A stretch of 52,368 nucleotides of DNA from a virus. Its lineage: Duplodnaviria; Caudoviricetes. The stretch's first letter is position 1. Each line of letters begins with the position of its first letter. This document shows, one piece after another, positions 28,968 to 38,218 of this stretch. The notes beneath the pieces are model-generated. The model made no database searches. It was not told the DNA's origin and was given only the letters and a program-made list of their open reading frames with translations. The DNA lies in IMG/VR virus record IMGVR_UViG_3300010401_000336, positions 1 through 52,368 of that record, one strand, 5' to 3'. A program made the position numbers and the translations under genes.

Positions 28968-29336
28968 CTACTTGGCGCGCAACGCGTTCACGAGATTCAC
29001 GGTCTCGCGGAACGCGGGGGCCAGCTCGACACTGCGCGCGTGGACCCAGCCCTCGGGCAGCTGGCAGGCGTCGCAGAGCGCGAACTCTTTGCGCTGGACG
29101 TTCAGGAACGCGCCGATTTCATCGTAGTTGGCCACGTTCGTGGTGGCCGTCACCGTGCGACACGCGATGGCGCCGCACGGGCACTTGTTCCGCAGACGCG
29201 GGTCCATGAGGAGCCATGCGAGGTCGCCAATAGCACCACGAAGCATGCCGACCTCGGCACGCAGGGATTCCAGATCCGAATCGGCCGAGCGCGCGGGGGC
29301 CTGATTGCGAACCTGCGCAGCGTTTTCCTTGCTCAT
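28968..29336 (-). CDS. Hypothetical Cys-containing protein
   Basis: ATG at 29336 overlaps the upstream TGA; CPCGAIAC...CDAC. Confidence 0.55.
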   Translation of the reverse strand: MSKENAAQVRNQAPARSADSDLESLRAEVGMLRGAIGDLAWLLMDPRLRNKCPCGAIACRTVTATTNVANYDEIGAFLNVQRKEFALCDACQLPEGWVHARSVELAPAFRETVNLVNALRAK

Positions 29337-29734
29337 CCCGTGCTCCAAATTCTTAGGGTGGCCGTGCCGCCTGGACCAGCCGAGATCTTGAGACCCTTGG
29401 CCCCATGCGGCGCCTGCTCGGGGAGCGTCGTCCGGGTGTTGGCGAACAGCACGCCGCACTGGTTGATCGCGGTGGGGCCGAAAACGCCCATCCCCGCGTC
29501 GGCTCGAGCGCCAGTCCCGAAAGTCGCGAACGAGTAGTAGATGTTGCCGACTTCGGCCGCCAGCATCAGCGGGTTGTCGCTGTTGACCGCGGTGCGCAGG
29601 TCTGAGAGCGCCGGGTCGGAATCGATGTTGAGGCAGGTGCCACCGGTCGGCACGTTCACGAGAACCGTGATGTGCGGCGGACCGGTGGGACCGTACTCGC
29701 CCGGGGCGAGCTGGATGAGTCTGATGCCTTCCAC
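29333..29734 (-). CDS. Hypothetical, probably virion, protein
   Basis: 133 aa, beta-rich, within the head operon; contains GPTGP. Confidence 0.55.
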   Translation of the reverse strand: MEGIRLIQLAPGEYGPTGPPHITVLVNVPTGGTCLNIDSDPALSDLRTAVNSDNPLMLAAEVGNIYYSFATFGTGARADAGMGVFGPTAINQCGVLFANTRTTLPEQAPHGAKGLKISAGPGGTATLRIWSTG

Positions 29735-29738
29735 TGGT

Positions 29739-30074
29739 CTACCTTGCTGGGATCACGCGAACGGCATCGGACGCTGCGGCCAGCGCCTCGAGTTGCGCGA
29801 CATCTTCTGCGACTTCGCGCTTTGCCGAGTCCCAGCGGTCACCGCAACGCAAGCGCATTTCGACGGCGTGCTGCTCAGTGAAGCTCGAGAGGCGCACGCT
29901 CTTGAAGTACGGCTCGGAAGAGACCATCACCGGTGGGCCGCGGTACCCACGTAGCGCGAAGAGCGGTACGACTTGCTCTGACGGCATCCGGTCGTTCGGG
30001 TACTGGTCACTCGGCGGCTGCGTCTTTGCCAGACTCAGAATCTTTTGGATCCACGTCTCCGCCGTCGCCCACAT
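29739..30074 (-). CDS. Hypothetical protein (start uncertain)
   Basis: Fills the gap after the portal gene; the 5' part overlaps the portal. Confidence 0.35.
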   Translation of the reverse strand: MWATAETWIQKILSLAKTQPPSDQYPNDRMPSEQVVPLFALRGYRGPPVMVSSEPYFKSVRLSSFTEQHAVEMRLRCGDRWDSAKREVAEDVAQLEALAAASDAVRVIPAR

Positions 30075-31521
30075 CGGTCTTGTCGTCGCCCTTTGCTGGG
30101 GTCTCTAAGTTGTTCTTGGCAGCCTCAAGGCCAGCCATTGTCGCGTCCTGCTCGGCCTGGTGCTGCTCGATGGGCTTGTTCGCCTCAACGTCAGCGCGGA
30201 GTGGCACGCCGTAGCGCTCACCTGCGACCTTACGGTCCACCGGCCACCCGGCAGCTTCGAGCGGAAGCAGCCCCTGCGCAACGGAGACGAGGACCTTGCC
30301 TTCCTTCTCCTGGTCGCTCTCGGTCGACGCGAGCGATGCGGCAGGGGCTAGCTTCGGATTGCCGTAGTTGAATCCGCAGAACGGCCGGATGATGCGAAGG
30401 CTGACCGCTGCCGCCAGCTTCCGCCGGTCTGCAATCGCGTAGTCGCTGTCCTCGTCGCGGTGCGCATCCGCAGCAGCGAACGAGCCGCCGTCAACTTCCG
30501 TTGTGAGATTGGTCCCTCGGATCGCGAGGGTGATGCTGCGCTCGCACTGGGCGATGAGCCCCGGGAACGACTTCCACGCCTGATCCTTGGCCTCGAGCAG
30601 CTGCACGTCGAAGCCGACGCCGGGGCCGCCATCTTTGTTCGTCTGCTGCGGCAGCGAGAACATCGACTCGGAGCCGAGTCGCTGGATGCTGGCGAAAAAC
30701 CTCGCCTTGTCGCCAGCCGGCGCCTGCGCGGGGATCAGAAGCTTCTTGATCGGGAGGCCGTGGACCTCGGAGTACCTGCCCCAGTCACGTAGAGCGAACT
30801 GGCGGACGACCCAGGGAATGCTGCAGCTCCGCACGGCGCCGCGGATCCATCCGCGATACGAGCCCCACGGGGCGTACAGGAACCACTTCGGGTCGTTCTC
30901 GTCGATCTCCAGTATCCCCTTGTCCTGGGTGACGACCACGTACTTCCGGAGGTCGATTCGGTAGTAGATGTAGAGCGGGTGCCACAGCTTGAGCCGCGGG
31001 ACCCACAGGTCGTCCCTCGCTTCCCAGATCAACTCGCACAGGGCGAACCCCATGAAGATCGCCCAGAGCAGGATCTGCTCGGTGATCTCCTCGGTCAGAA
31101 TCTCTGGCCAAAGCTCTTGGATCTCTTTCGCTTGCCGCTTGCCACCCTTGGCCGGCTCGAAGTTCCACTCGCACTTGGTGACTCCCTTGATGCGTCCGTT
31201 GGCGGCCGCTTGGATGCGGTCGTCGGCGAGCATCGAGTCAACGAGGATCGCCGACTGCTGGAAGTTACCGAGTACGTGTCCCTGGACGGCGTTGCGGATG
31301 GTCCGGATCGACCAGTCCTGCCAGATGCTTACCGGGAGGTCTTCGTACTCTTCGGTCGGTGGCTTGGGACCGAGGTCACCGCCTGCGCCCGGCAGCGGCT
31401 TGTCCTGGGTGAGCCTGGTGGCCTTACGCGCCAGCTCCTCGCTGCTCTGGACGAAAGACTCGCCGGCCGCACGGATGCGCCAGAGTGCCGCGCCAGCGAC
31501 TCGCTCGAAAAGTGATGCCAT
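30007..31521 (-). CDS. Portal protein, DUF935/Mu gp29-like
   Basis: MGFALCELIW, WGRYSEVHGLP and IRGTNLTTEVDGGSFAAADAH motifs. Confidence 0.9.
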   Translation of the reverse strand: MASLFERVAGAALWRIRAAGESFVQSSEELARKATRLTQDKPLPGAGGDLGPKPPTEEYEDLPVSIWQDWSIRTIRNAVQGHVLGNFQQSAILVDSMLADDRIQAAANGRIKGVTKCEWNFEPAKGGKRQAKEIQELWPEILTEEITEQILLWAIFMGFALCELIWEARDDLWVPRLKLWHPLYIYYRIDLRKYVVVTQDKGILEIDENDPKWFLYAPWGSYRGWIRGAVRSCSIPWVVRQFALRDWGRYSEVHGLPIKKLLIPAQAPAGDKARFFASIQRLGSESMFSLPQQTNKDGGPGVGFDVQLLEAKDQAWKSFPGLIAQCERSITLAIRGTNLTTEVDGGSFAAADAHRDEDSDYAIADRRKLAAAVSLRIIRPFCGFNYGNPKLAPAASLASTESDQEKEGKVLVSVAQGLLPLEAAGWPVDRKVAGERYGVPLRADVEANKPIEQHQAEQDATMAGLEAAKNNLETPAKGDDKTDVGDGGDVDPKDSESGKDAAAE

Positions 31522-31545
31522 GGGGCGCGCTATCGGCGCCCTGCA

Positions 31546-31713
31546 CTAGGAGGGCTCGTCGTCGTAGTAGGCCGCTTGGGCGAATCCGAAGATGATGCCA
31601 AGCACCACGGCCGCGGACTGCGTTTCCTCGCCGAGCACGTACCAGCGGTCGTCGTGGGAGTAGCTGAGAACGGGTGGTGACTCGTCGCACTCACACGAGC
31701 ACTCGGTGATCAT
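31546..31713 (-). CDS. Small hypothetical protein (55 aa, not in ORF track)
   Basis: MITECSCECDESPP...YYDDEPS; begins immediately after the upstream stop codon. Confidence 0.45.
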   Translation of the reverse strand: MITECSCECDESPPVLSYSHDDRWYVLGEETQSAAVVLGIIFGFAQAAYYDDEPS

Positions 31714-32103
31714 TCAGTCGCCGGTGATGACGTAATCGACGTAGCCGTACGTCGTCTGTGCGGCCGTCAGCTGAATCGTGAGCGCGCCGAGTGGGGAAGG
31801 ACTGGGCGTCTTCGGGTTGCCGTAGAGCAACACGCCGCCGTCGGTGAGCGGTAGGCCCGTCGGGTTCGACTGCATCTTCAGCAGCGCAGCCGTGCCGATA
31901 CTGCTCTTCACGTAAAAGGCATTCGGGTTGCCAACGCCGCCGAGTGGCAGCGCAAACGTGGCGCCCGAGCTCGAGCCGCTCGGAATGTCGAGCGTCCCGA
32001 GAGAGCTGGCAAGGTACGAGCCCACGGAAACGATGTCCGTATTGACCGTCCCGCCACCGGGCGCGGTGTAGTTCAGCGAAGCGCTAAGGCTAACTTGAGG
32101 CAT
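31714..32103 (-). CDS. Hypothetical beta-rich protein between terminase and portal
   Basis: 129 aa, Ser/Thr/Gly-rich, tightly packed in the operon. Confidence 0.6.
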   Translation of the reverse strand: MPQVSLSASLNYTAPGGGTVNTDIVSVGSYLASSLGTLDIPSGSSSGATFALPLGGVGNPNAFYVKSSIGTAALLKMQSNPTGLPLTDGGVLLYGNPKTPSPSPLGALTIQLTAAQTTYGYVDYVITGD

Positions 32104-32106
32104 TGG

Positions 32107-34569
32107 TCACCAAGTCTCTAAAGGTTTCGGAGCAGCTGCGGCGAGCTGGTCGATGTAGGTCCAGTCGGGGTTCGCCCACATGTCGCCGCCGAGCATCAGC
32201 TCGGTGAAGGCCCACACAAGTGCGTCCATGCGGTCCGGGCTCTTCGTGGAGAACGCGGGGTCCCACGTGACCATCTGGTCTTCTAGCTGGGCGAAGCAGC
32301 CAACGTGGTGGATGCGGCCCTGCTCGTAGAGCGCAGCGATCGGCTCAGCTCGCACGGTCTTGCCGCGGGAGGCGCGAACCTTGGTGACCGCGAGATTCGG
32401 TCCCGCAGTCCTGATGTTCGCTTCCACGAGGTCGCCACCGTTGTTGACCTCGGCGATCACCCGGTCGGCTTCGTGCCGGCTATAGACGCCCAACACCTGC
32501 TGCGCCCACTGATTCGGTGTCGCCGCCGTCATCGACGCGTCCTCGATCACGTAGCCGTGACCGTTCACGCCGATGCCGGCGCATATGATGCCGGTCTCGT
32601 CGCTGTCCTCGCTGGACGAAACGGCCGGGTCAACCGCAACGATCACCCGCTGCATTGCGGGCATGTCGCCCGACTTGATGCGCAGCTCCTCGATGCGCCC
32701 GCGCTTCCAGAGCGCCCCGGGAGCGTCGTCCAAGACCTCGCCGTCGAGCTCCTGGCGACCTAGCCGGGTGCCCTCGTACTTCTGGACAATCTGCGCCAGG
32801 AAGGTCGGCGCTAGGTTTGATCGGTTATCGGCGGTGCGGCCCCGGGAGACCACCACGTCGCGGCCCTCACGCTTGAGTAGCCCGCGGATGATCTCCGTCG
32901 GTCGCGGGGTGGTCGCGATGACGGCGCGCGGATGCTTGCCCACGCGAAGCGAAAGCATCGCCTGGTCCCACGCTTCGGGGTAGCGCCAGGCGGCCAGCTC
33001 GTCGGCGACGAAAAGGTCGATGCCGGGACCACGGAAACGGTCAGGCTCGTCCGCTGAGTAAAGTCTTGCCCTGGCCCCGTTCGGCCAGGTGAGCCGGCTT
33101 TTGCTGGGCTCATAGGTCGGTCGGTTCCACTTGCGTGAGACCGCAAGGAACCCGCTCACGCCCTCAACGAGAACGTCGCGAACGTCGGCTGCGGTTGCGC
33201 CGGCGATGCCGATGCGTCCCGCCCTGCCAGACTCAACTTCGGACTGAACGAACTCGACGAGCGAGCGCGTATTGTGCGTCGGGATCATGGACCGCGACGC
33301 GAGGAAAAGATGACTCGGTGAGTCGACCTGGATACACCGTACCGGCACTGACGGTCGAGGCCTGATCTCGGTTATGTACCGACGGTGTACTCGGTTCGCT
33401 TGCCCCTTGCCCGAATGCTGCCTTGCTAGCTTTCGCTGCAACCGAAAAACTTGGGTATGCGGGGTGAACGTGGTTCGGTACCGAGGCCCACAATCTCGGC
33501 CCTTTAGAGTTGCGCGCTCTTCGCGTAACGTCGGCTTGAAACCAAGCGAGACACAGAGTTCAAAGAAGCCATCGGCTAGCGCCTTGCTTACTACCAAGAA
33601 TTCGCAATGCCCAGACGGCGTAACGCTCCCATCCGTGTCCATTAGGCCCTGAAGCAGGGCCAGCCTCTGACCGGCCGAGGCTCGAAGGTAGGTCTGCGGG
33701 ATGTGCTTGTTCTTCCGCACGCCAAGTCCACGGAGCTTTCGAATGAAGCCGCCGTCCGCTTGGCCAAGTCGATATCGTACGGCCCTCGATCTGATATCTT
33801 TACGAGGCGGCCCCACTTCACAGCCGGCAGCTCTCAGGAGCCCTGGCAATTCGCCATCCGCACTCGTGACCGTCGGATCACGGGAATCACCGTCACCCAG
33901 CCAGACTCCGAAAACGTACGGATCGATCGGCAGTGCCGCGGCAGGAAGCTGCAATTCCTGCGTCAAGTCAATCGAGTGGTTTCGCTCGCGACCGCCGTAT
34001 AGAAGCGTCTCACGGATCTGCTCGGTGGTGACAATAGAGGCGAAAAGCCTAGGCCTGCACTGTGTCCGCTCAGTCCTGCTGCTTGCGCCGCGAATCCTTC
34101 GTGTTTCTGCTTTGCGTACCGCGTGCGTCTTGGTCAGCCACTGATGCTCAGCATCCGCGACCATCACCGTTCCGTCATCGAAAACTACATCATAACAGAC
34201 GTGGTCTTGCATGACCTGCGTGACGAAAGTCACACGACACGGCTTTCCGCATTCATCGAAAACAGTGTCGCCAACGGCAACCTGCCCCATCGTGGTCCAG
34301 CCGCTCGGAGTCGGTATCTCCACGGCGCAGCTTAGCGCTTTACCGAATCCGCGTCCAGCGAGGAGAAGCCAGATCGTCCACCAGTCACCCGGCGGCGGAA
34401 GCTGGTTCGGTCGTGCCCAGAATCCCCATTCGCATGGGCCAAGCGGGTCGGTGCCGAGTAGCTCTAGCTCCGCCTCACTCAGGCTTACTATCGCCGCCGC
34501 TCGTTGCTCCGGCGGTAGTGCCAGTAGCCGCGAGGCCAGCGATTCGCTCGAGGAGTGCGCCCCTTGCAT
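32107..34569 (-). CDS. terL: Terminase large subunit, intein-containing
   Basis: Split Walker A (AGRGFGK/TRS), FVADELAAW Walker B, IATTPRP, RQELDGE, VAVDPA...DETG and SPDRMDALVWA. Confidence 0.95.
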   Translation of the reverse strand: MQGAHSSSESLASRLLALPPEQRAAAIVSLSEAELELLGTDPLGPCEWGFWARPNQLPPPGDWWTIWLLLAGRGFGKALSCAVEIPTPSGWTTMGQVAVGDTVFDECGKPCRVTFVTQVMQDHVCYDVVFDDGTVMVADAEHQWLTKTHAVRKAETRRIRGASSRTERTQCRPRLFASIVTTEQIRETLLYGGRERNHSIDLTQELQLPAAALPIDPYVFGVWLGDGDSRDPTVTSADGELPGLLRAAGCEVGPPRKDIRSRAVRYRLGQADGGFIRKLRGLGVRKNKHIPQTYLRASAGQRLALLQGLMDTDGSVTPSGHCEFLVVSKALADGFFELCVSLGFKPTLREERATLKGRDCGPRYRTTFTPHTQVFRLQRKLARQHSGKGQANRVHRRYITEIRPRPSVPVRCIQVDSPSHLFLASRSMIPTHNTRSLVEFVQSEVESGRAGRIGIAGATAADVRDVLVEGVSGFLAVSRKWNRPTYEPSKSRLTWPNGARARLYSADEPDRFRGPGIDLFVADELAAWRYPEAWDQAMLSLRVGKHPRAVIATTPRPTEIIRGLLKREGRDVVVSRGRTADNRSNLAPTFLAQIVQKYEGTRLGRQELDGEVLDDAPGALWKRGRIEELRIKSGDMPAMQRVIVAVDPAVSSSEDSDETGIICAGIGVNGHGYVIEDASMTAATPNQWAQQVLGVYSRHEADRVIAEVNNGGDLVEANIRTAGPNLAVTKVRASRGKTVRAEPIAALYEQGRIHHVGCFAQLEDQMVTWDPAFSTKSPDRMDALVWAFTELMLGGDMWANPDWTYIDQLAAAAPKPLETW
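33271..34338 (-). mobile_element. Class 3 intein (356 aa) with LAGLIDADG homing endonuclease
   Basis: Starts Ala (ALSCAVEIPTP), block B ADAEHQW, endonuclease motifs FGVWLGDG and LQGLMDTDG, block F VRCIQVD, ends IPTHN with +1 Thr. Confidence 0.9.
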
Positions 34570-34990
34570 CGATCGCGATCGGCGCCCCGTCGGCGCCAGT
34601 CAATTCTTTCTTTTCGGGGGCGTATAGGCCGAGCAGCTTGGCTCGCTGGTCTTGAATCTTGACCAGCCGGTCGAGCGCTTTCAGCTGGAGCTCGTCGCCG
34701 TCTTCAGCTGTCGGCGCGCTGGTCAGCACTGCCTCGACGACGCTGAGCGCTCGCTCGAGTCTGGCAAGCTCCGTCCCGCGTTCGGCCTGGATGTACTCCT
34801 GGGCCTCGTCCGCGATCTCGGCCATCGCAGTCCGCACATCAAGGTGCGCAGTAGCGAGCCCGATGCCGAGCGTATCGGCGATTTCCTGGAAGCCTTTGCC
34901 CTTGGCCCGCAGCTTCACCGCCTCGGCACGCCTGAGCGCGATTCGGTCCTGATCAGCTGTCGTTGGTCGCCCACCCTTTTCGGTGGTCAT
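34475..34990 (-). CDS. terS: Terminase small subunit
   Basis: HTH segment LRAKGKGFQEIADTLGI, RAKLLGLYAP and ELTGADGAPI; directly upstream of TerL. Confidence 0.8.
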   Translation of the reverse strand: MTTEKGGRPTTADQDRIALRRAEAVKLRAKGKGFQEIADTLGIGLATAHLDVRTAMAEIADEAQEYIQAERGTELARLERALSVVEAVLTSAPTAEDGDELQLKALDRLVKIQDQRAKLLGLYAPEKKELTGADGAPIAIDARGALLERIAGLAATGTTAGATSGGDSKPE

Positions 34991-35014
34991 GTCTTTTCGG
35001 GTTCAGCTGGTCGG

Positions 35015-35392
35015 TCAAACTTCGACCACCGGTGTCCGCCCACCGTCCCGCTCAACCCACTGCCCGAACACCGTCCGGATCGCCTTAGCCTGCCTGGCCT
35101 GCCCGTCCGTGTGCTCCTGATGCGGAACACCGAGCCAGATGGCCACGTCGACCGTGAGACCTGCTCGCAGCGCATTGGCCGCCTTGACTCCCTCGAGCAC
35201 GAAGGCCGGGGTGTCTTTGAGCGAATCAGCGATGATGGCCCCGCCACCCGTCTGGGGCAGGATGCCGATGAAATCGTCGGTGTGCACCACGTCACGGCCG
35301 TCGGTGGCCGTGTTGGCCAGCGTCGTCTTCCCACACCGGGCTGGACCGCAGATGGCCACTCGGGGCAGTGCGAGCGCTTCGGCTACGGTCAT
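35015..35392 (-). CDS. Small P-loop kinase-like protein
   Basis: VAICGPARCGKTT, HTDDF and FVLEG motifs. Confidence 0.7.
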   Translation of the reverse strand: MTVAEALALPRVAICGPARCGKTTLANTATDGRDVVHTDDFIGILPQTGGGAIIADSLKDTPAFVLEGVKAANALRAGLTVDVAIWLGVPHQEHTDGQARQAKAIRTVFGQWVERDGGRTPVVEV

Positions 35393-35598
35393 GCCGTCTC
35401 GTCCGGCAGCTCGTTCTCGGGTAACCGGGAAAGCTGCCTGGAGATCATTAGCTCGCCGATGGAGACGCGCAGCGGCAAGTTCGATTCGCGCCAGCCGTGT
35501 GGTGTCGGGCGTGGTGCTTTGCGGGTGACCGGGCGCGTTGTCGCGTTCCGGCCGCGGTAGGCTTGGGTGGCTGGGAGGGTTTGGGCGGCCGGGGTCAT
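35389..35598 (-). CDS. Hypothetical protein
   Basis: ATGA overlaps at both ends. Confidence 0.4.
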   Translation of the reverse strand: MTPAAQTLPATQAYRGRNATTRPVTRKAPRPTPHGWRESNLPLRVSIGELMISRQLSRLPENELPDETA

Positions 35599-35822
35599 GC
35601 CACGAGGGCTACGGTTTTGGTCACGAGCAGGCAGACTTTGCCGGCGTCAACGCCCGCGGGGACGTGGTGAGTTTTTGAAGCGCAGGCTGGGCAGAGGACC
35701 GTATGGCAGTCCGAGCAACTCATGCCTGAGCACTCGCCCTTGGCCTTCAGGTCCACCCCGCACTCGCCGCAGTACCAGGTGAGCCATGCCCAGCCGGTTG
35801 GGTGGTGGCGGAGTGTCAACAT
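35595..35822 (-). CDS. Small Cys-rich (zinc-finger-like) protein
   Basis: CGEC, CSDC and CPAC motifs. Confidence 0.5.
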   Translation of the reverse strand: MLTLRHHPTGWAWLTWYCGECGVDLKAKGECSGMSCSDCHTVLCPACASKTHHVPAGVDAGKVCLLVTKTVALVA

Positions 35823-35894
35823 GTCTGGTGAGCGGGAGCGTGCACGCGCGGGGCTCCTAACCCCCTAATCGGCGCACGTGGGCGCACACATTGC

Positions 35895-36209
35895 CTACAC
35901 CGGGATACCTATCTTGGTTGCCGCCTTGGCCGACCACTCGGCGTAGCGCTCCATGATCTTCTGCAACGCGGCGACATGTAAGCGAATGTCGTCTATTTCT
36001 GGGAGCGCGATCCCGTCCGACTTCTCGGCGGACAGCGACTCCAAAACCGCCTTCATGGGCACCAGCCAAATTCGTCTTTTGCTGTGCGTGCCCCGTCGGA
36101 GCCGTGACTTGAACTTCCGGTACACGTTGGAGCGGTGACGGCCAAGGATCGCGGCAGCCTCGGCCAGGGTCAGCTCGGCCGGGAGGCGTTTCGGGTCGGT
36201 GGCTTTCAA
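35895..36209 (-). CDS. Helix-turn-helix DNA-binding protein
   Basis: LTLAEAAAILGRHRSNVYRK. Confidence 0.75.
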   Translation of the reverse strand: MKATDPKRLPAELTLAEAAAILGRHRSNVYRKFKSRLRRGTHSKRRIWLVPMKAVLESLSAEKSDGIALPEIDDIRLHVAALQKIMERYAEWSAKAATKIGIPV

Positions 36210-36721
36210 TCGTCCTCGTCGCTCGGGAACGAGACCATCAGGCCCGAGAACACGAGGTCGAATCGGCGCAAAACCTGCTCCATCCGGTTTACGGGGCCGA
36301 GCTTTCCGACCCGGCTTGCCGCTACCGCATAGGCTTCCTGGGCCAGTTTCAGGAACTTGGCTCCCTTTGGGGCCGAGTCGTCGTACTTGGTGGCCGTGGC
36401 TCCGTACGCAGCGCGTAGTGTCATGCTGGCGGAAGGCTGCTCTTTCTTCCCATCGCAGATGTACGGCATGTGCCGATCGGCCTCCTGAAGCCGGCGGTAC
36501 ACCGTCGCCATGAAGTAGTGGCCGGCGCCGCCGGAGTACTGGTGTGCCCTGCCAAATGGGTCGGAGCGGGCCCCGCCCTCCGCGTTCATGCTGGGGACCC
36601 GAGGCTCGTAGCCGAAGTACTCGCCGACTTCGTTCGCGAGGTCCATGCCCCAGGTTCTGCGCTTGGGTTTCTCTGACTTGACGACCGGTACCAGCCCGGT
36701 GGTCATTGATTGGGAATCCAT
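36206..36721 (-). CDS. Hypothetical protein
   Basis: 171-aa ORF coupled to the HTH gene, upstream of the late operon. Confidence 0.6.
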   Translation of the reverse strand: MDSQSMTTGLVPVVKSEKPKRRTWGMDLANEVGEYFGYEPRVPSMNAEGGARSDPFGRAHQYSGGAGHYFMATVYRRLQEADRHMPYICDGKKEQPSASMTLRAAYGATATKYDDSAPKGAKFLKLAQEAYAVAASRVGKLGPVNRMEQVLRRFDLVFSGLMVSFPSDEDD

Positions 36722-36770
36722 GCTAGCTTGCCCTTCCAGAACCCGCCGCCAAGCAGTTCTAAGGGCCGCG

Positions 36771-37340
36771 CTAGTCTTCCGTTGACTTCGCGGCCTTTCT
36801 CATATTCGCCGCAGCCATTGCTCGGCGCCCGAAGAACTCGACTATCCCCTGGGCGCCAAGCCACTCAAGGCCAACGCGATCGGACTTCCTGGAGTTGCAG
36901 AGCGCGCATGCGGGCACCACGTTGCTTTCGTCCGTCACACCGCCGGCTGACACCGGCACCACGTGCTCAAGCTGTAGCGGCCATACCCTGAGCCCACAGT
37001 ACGCACAGCAGCCTTGATGCGCCCTAACCATGCGGCGCCACGCCTCGGGCGTCAGGTCTCCTCCTGCGCGGAGATTGTTGATGCGTACCTGAGCCTCAGA
37101 TCCAGTGAAGCGCGGACCGGGCTTGTTCTTGCGAGCCGTACCATCCTTCTTTTGGATGTGGGTCGTGATGTCCCTGTACACCTCGGCCACCAACCTTGCC
37201 TCGTCTGTCGGGGTGGCGCATTCATCGAATAGGTCGTCGACCGTCTTTTCATCGTCGCCCTCTTCTTCTGGGTACGCAGGGTAAAAAAGATTGCTTCTGA
37301 TCATATCCGCTGCACCGAGGCCAGCTCGGTGTCCTTTCAC
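36771..37340 (-). CDS. HNH endonuclease
   Basis: CAYCG...LEHVVPVSAGG...NVVPACALCNSRK. Confidence 0.88.
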   Translation of the reverse strand: MKGHRAGLGAADMIRSNLFYPAYPEEEGDDEKTVDDLFDECATPTDEARLVAEVYRDITTHIQKKDGTARKNKPGPRFTGSEAQVRINNLRAGGDLTPEAWRRMVRAHQGCCAYCGLRVWPLQLEHVVPVSAGGVTDESNVVPACALCNSRKSDRVGLEWLGAQGIVEFFGRRAMAAANMRKAAKSTED

Positions 37341-37379
37341 TTTCTCCGTCTTCTTCCCGAGCGCCCGCCAAGGTGCTCG

Positions 37380-37414
37380 AAAGGCCCGCCCTAACCGGTG
37401 GGCTTTTCTATTTC
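37380..37414 (+). terminator. Terminator-like hairpin, better formed on the plus strand
   Basis: AAAGGCCCGCC ctaacc GGTGGGCTTTT CTATTTC; two G-U pairs form only on the plus strand. Confidence 0.45.
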
Positions 37415-37608
37415 ACCCACTCCCCCAGCCTCTCCCTCGCCATCCTCTTCGCCTTCTTGCTGCCGTGCTTCTCCACGCTAAAGCTGGTGCACCGGGCCTT
37501 CCCGTCCCGCATCCTAGCCCACACCTGCCAGTGGTCGTGAGGCCGAGCTCGCTGCACTTTCCAGACGCGCTTGACGTAGCCGTAGGGGCGAGGGATTTCG
37601 GGGGTCAT
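37408..37608 (-). CDS. AP2-like DNA-binding protein
   Basis: WQVWARMRDGKARCTSFSVEKHGSKKAKRMARE; start at the ATGA overlap. Confidence 0.6.
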   Translation of the reverse strand: MTPEIPRPYGYVKRVWKVQRARPHDHWQVWARMRDGKARCTSFSVEKHGSKKAKRMARERLGEWVK

Positions 37609-37868
37609 CGCTTCACCATCCCCACCGGCTTCAACGGCTTCACAAACTCCTCCAAGACCGGCGGCTGCCGCACCACCCGCCCACTCACACTCCCCCAAGG
37701 CACCGCCGCAGCGTTGAAGCTTTCCCCATTCCGATACCCCGTCCCCTTCTGCTTCGGCCGCTTCGCCTTCACGGCGCTACTCGGCGGGCGGCCGAGATCG
37801 CTTGGCACCGGGGCGGGCTCGGGGTCGATGCCGGCGTCGAGGTGGGGGAGGGCGTCGGGGTCGATCAT
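37605..37868 (-). CDS. Hypothetical protein
   Basis: SD-like AAGGGGA before ATG; coupled to the next gene. Confidence 0.5.
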   Translation of the reverse strand: MIDPDALPHLDAGIDPEPAPVPSDLGRPPSSAVKAKRPKQKGTGYRNGESFNAAAVPWGSVSGRVVRQPPVLEEFVKPLKPVGMVKR

Positions 37869-37900
37869 GGTTTCCCCTTCTCAAACTTCTCCCGCAGCCG

Positions 37901-38218
37901 CTAGAATTCCCTGCGCTCGCGCTCCGCGGTTTGCTCTAGGCGTTCGCGCGCGACCGCGTTTCGGTGCGCCGCGTAATCGTCCTCGCTGATAATGCCTCGG
38001 TTTTTCAGGGCGTAGATATGATCGCCGTCGAGTTCAGGCTCCTCTAGGTAGTGGCTCCCCTCGTATCCGCTGTTGGAGGCGACCAGCGCGAATGCGTCAT
38101 CGAACTCAAGGATCAGTTCCTCATCGTAACCAGTGGTCGTCGACGCTTTCACGATCCTCTTGCCAACGCAATCCGCAAGCCTCACCCGCGGCTTGCTTGT
38201 CTTCGGAAACGGAATCAC
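37901..38218 (-). CDS. Hypothetical protein
   Basis: GTGA overlap start with GGAGG upstream. Confidence 0.55.
   Translation of the reverse strand: MIPFPKTSKPRVRLADCVGKRIVKASTTTGYDEELILEFDDAFALVASNSGYEGSHYLEEPELDGDHIYALKNRGIISEDDYAAHRNAVARERLEQTAERERREF

Noticed and set aside
25321-31521. Mu-like transposable prophage
   Set aside because: No DDE transposase or MuB-like gene in the window; it encodes a tyrosine integrase, primase and helicase instead.
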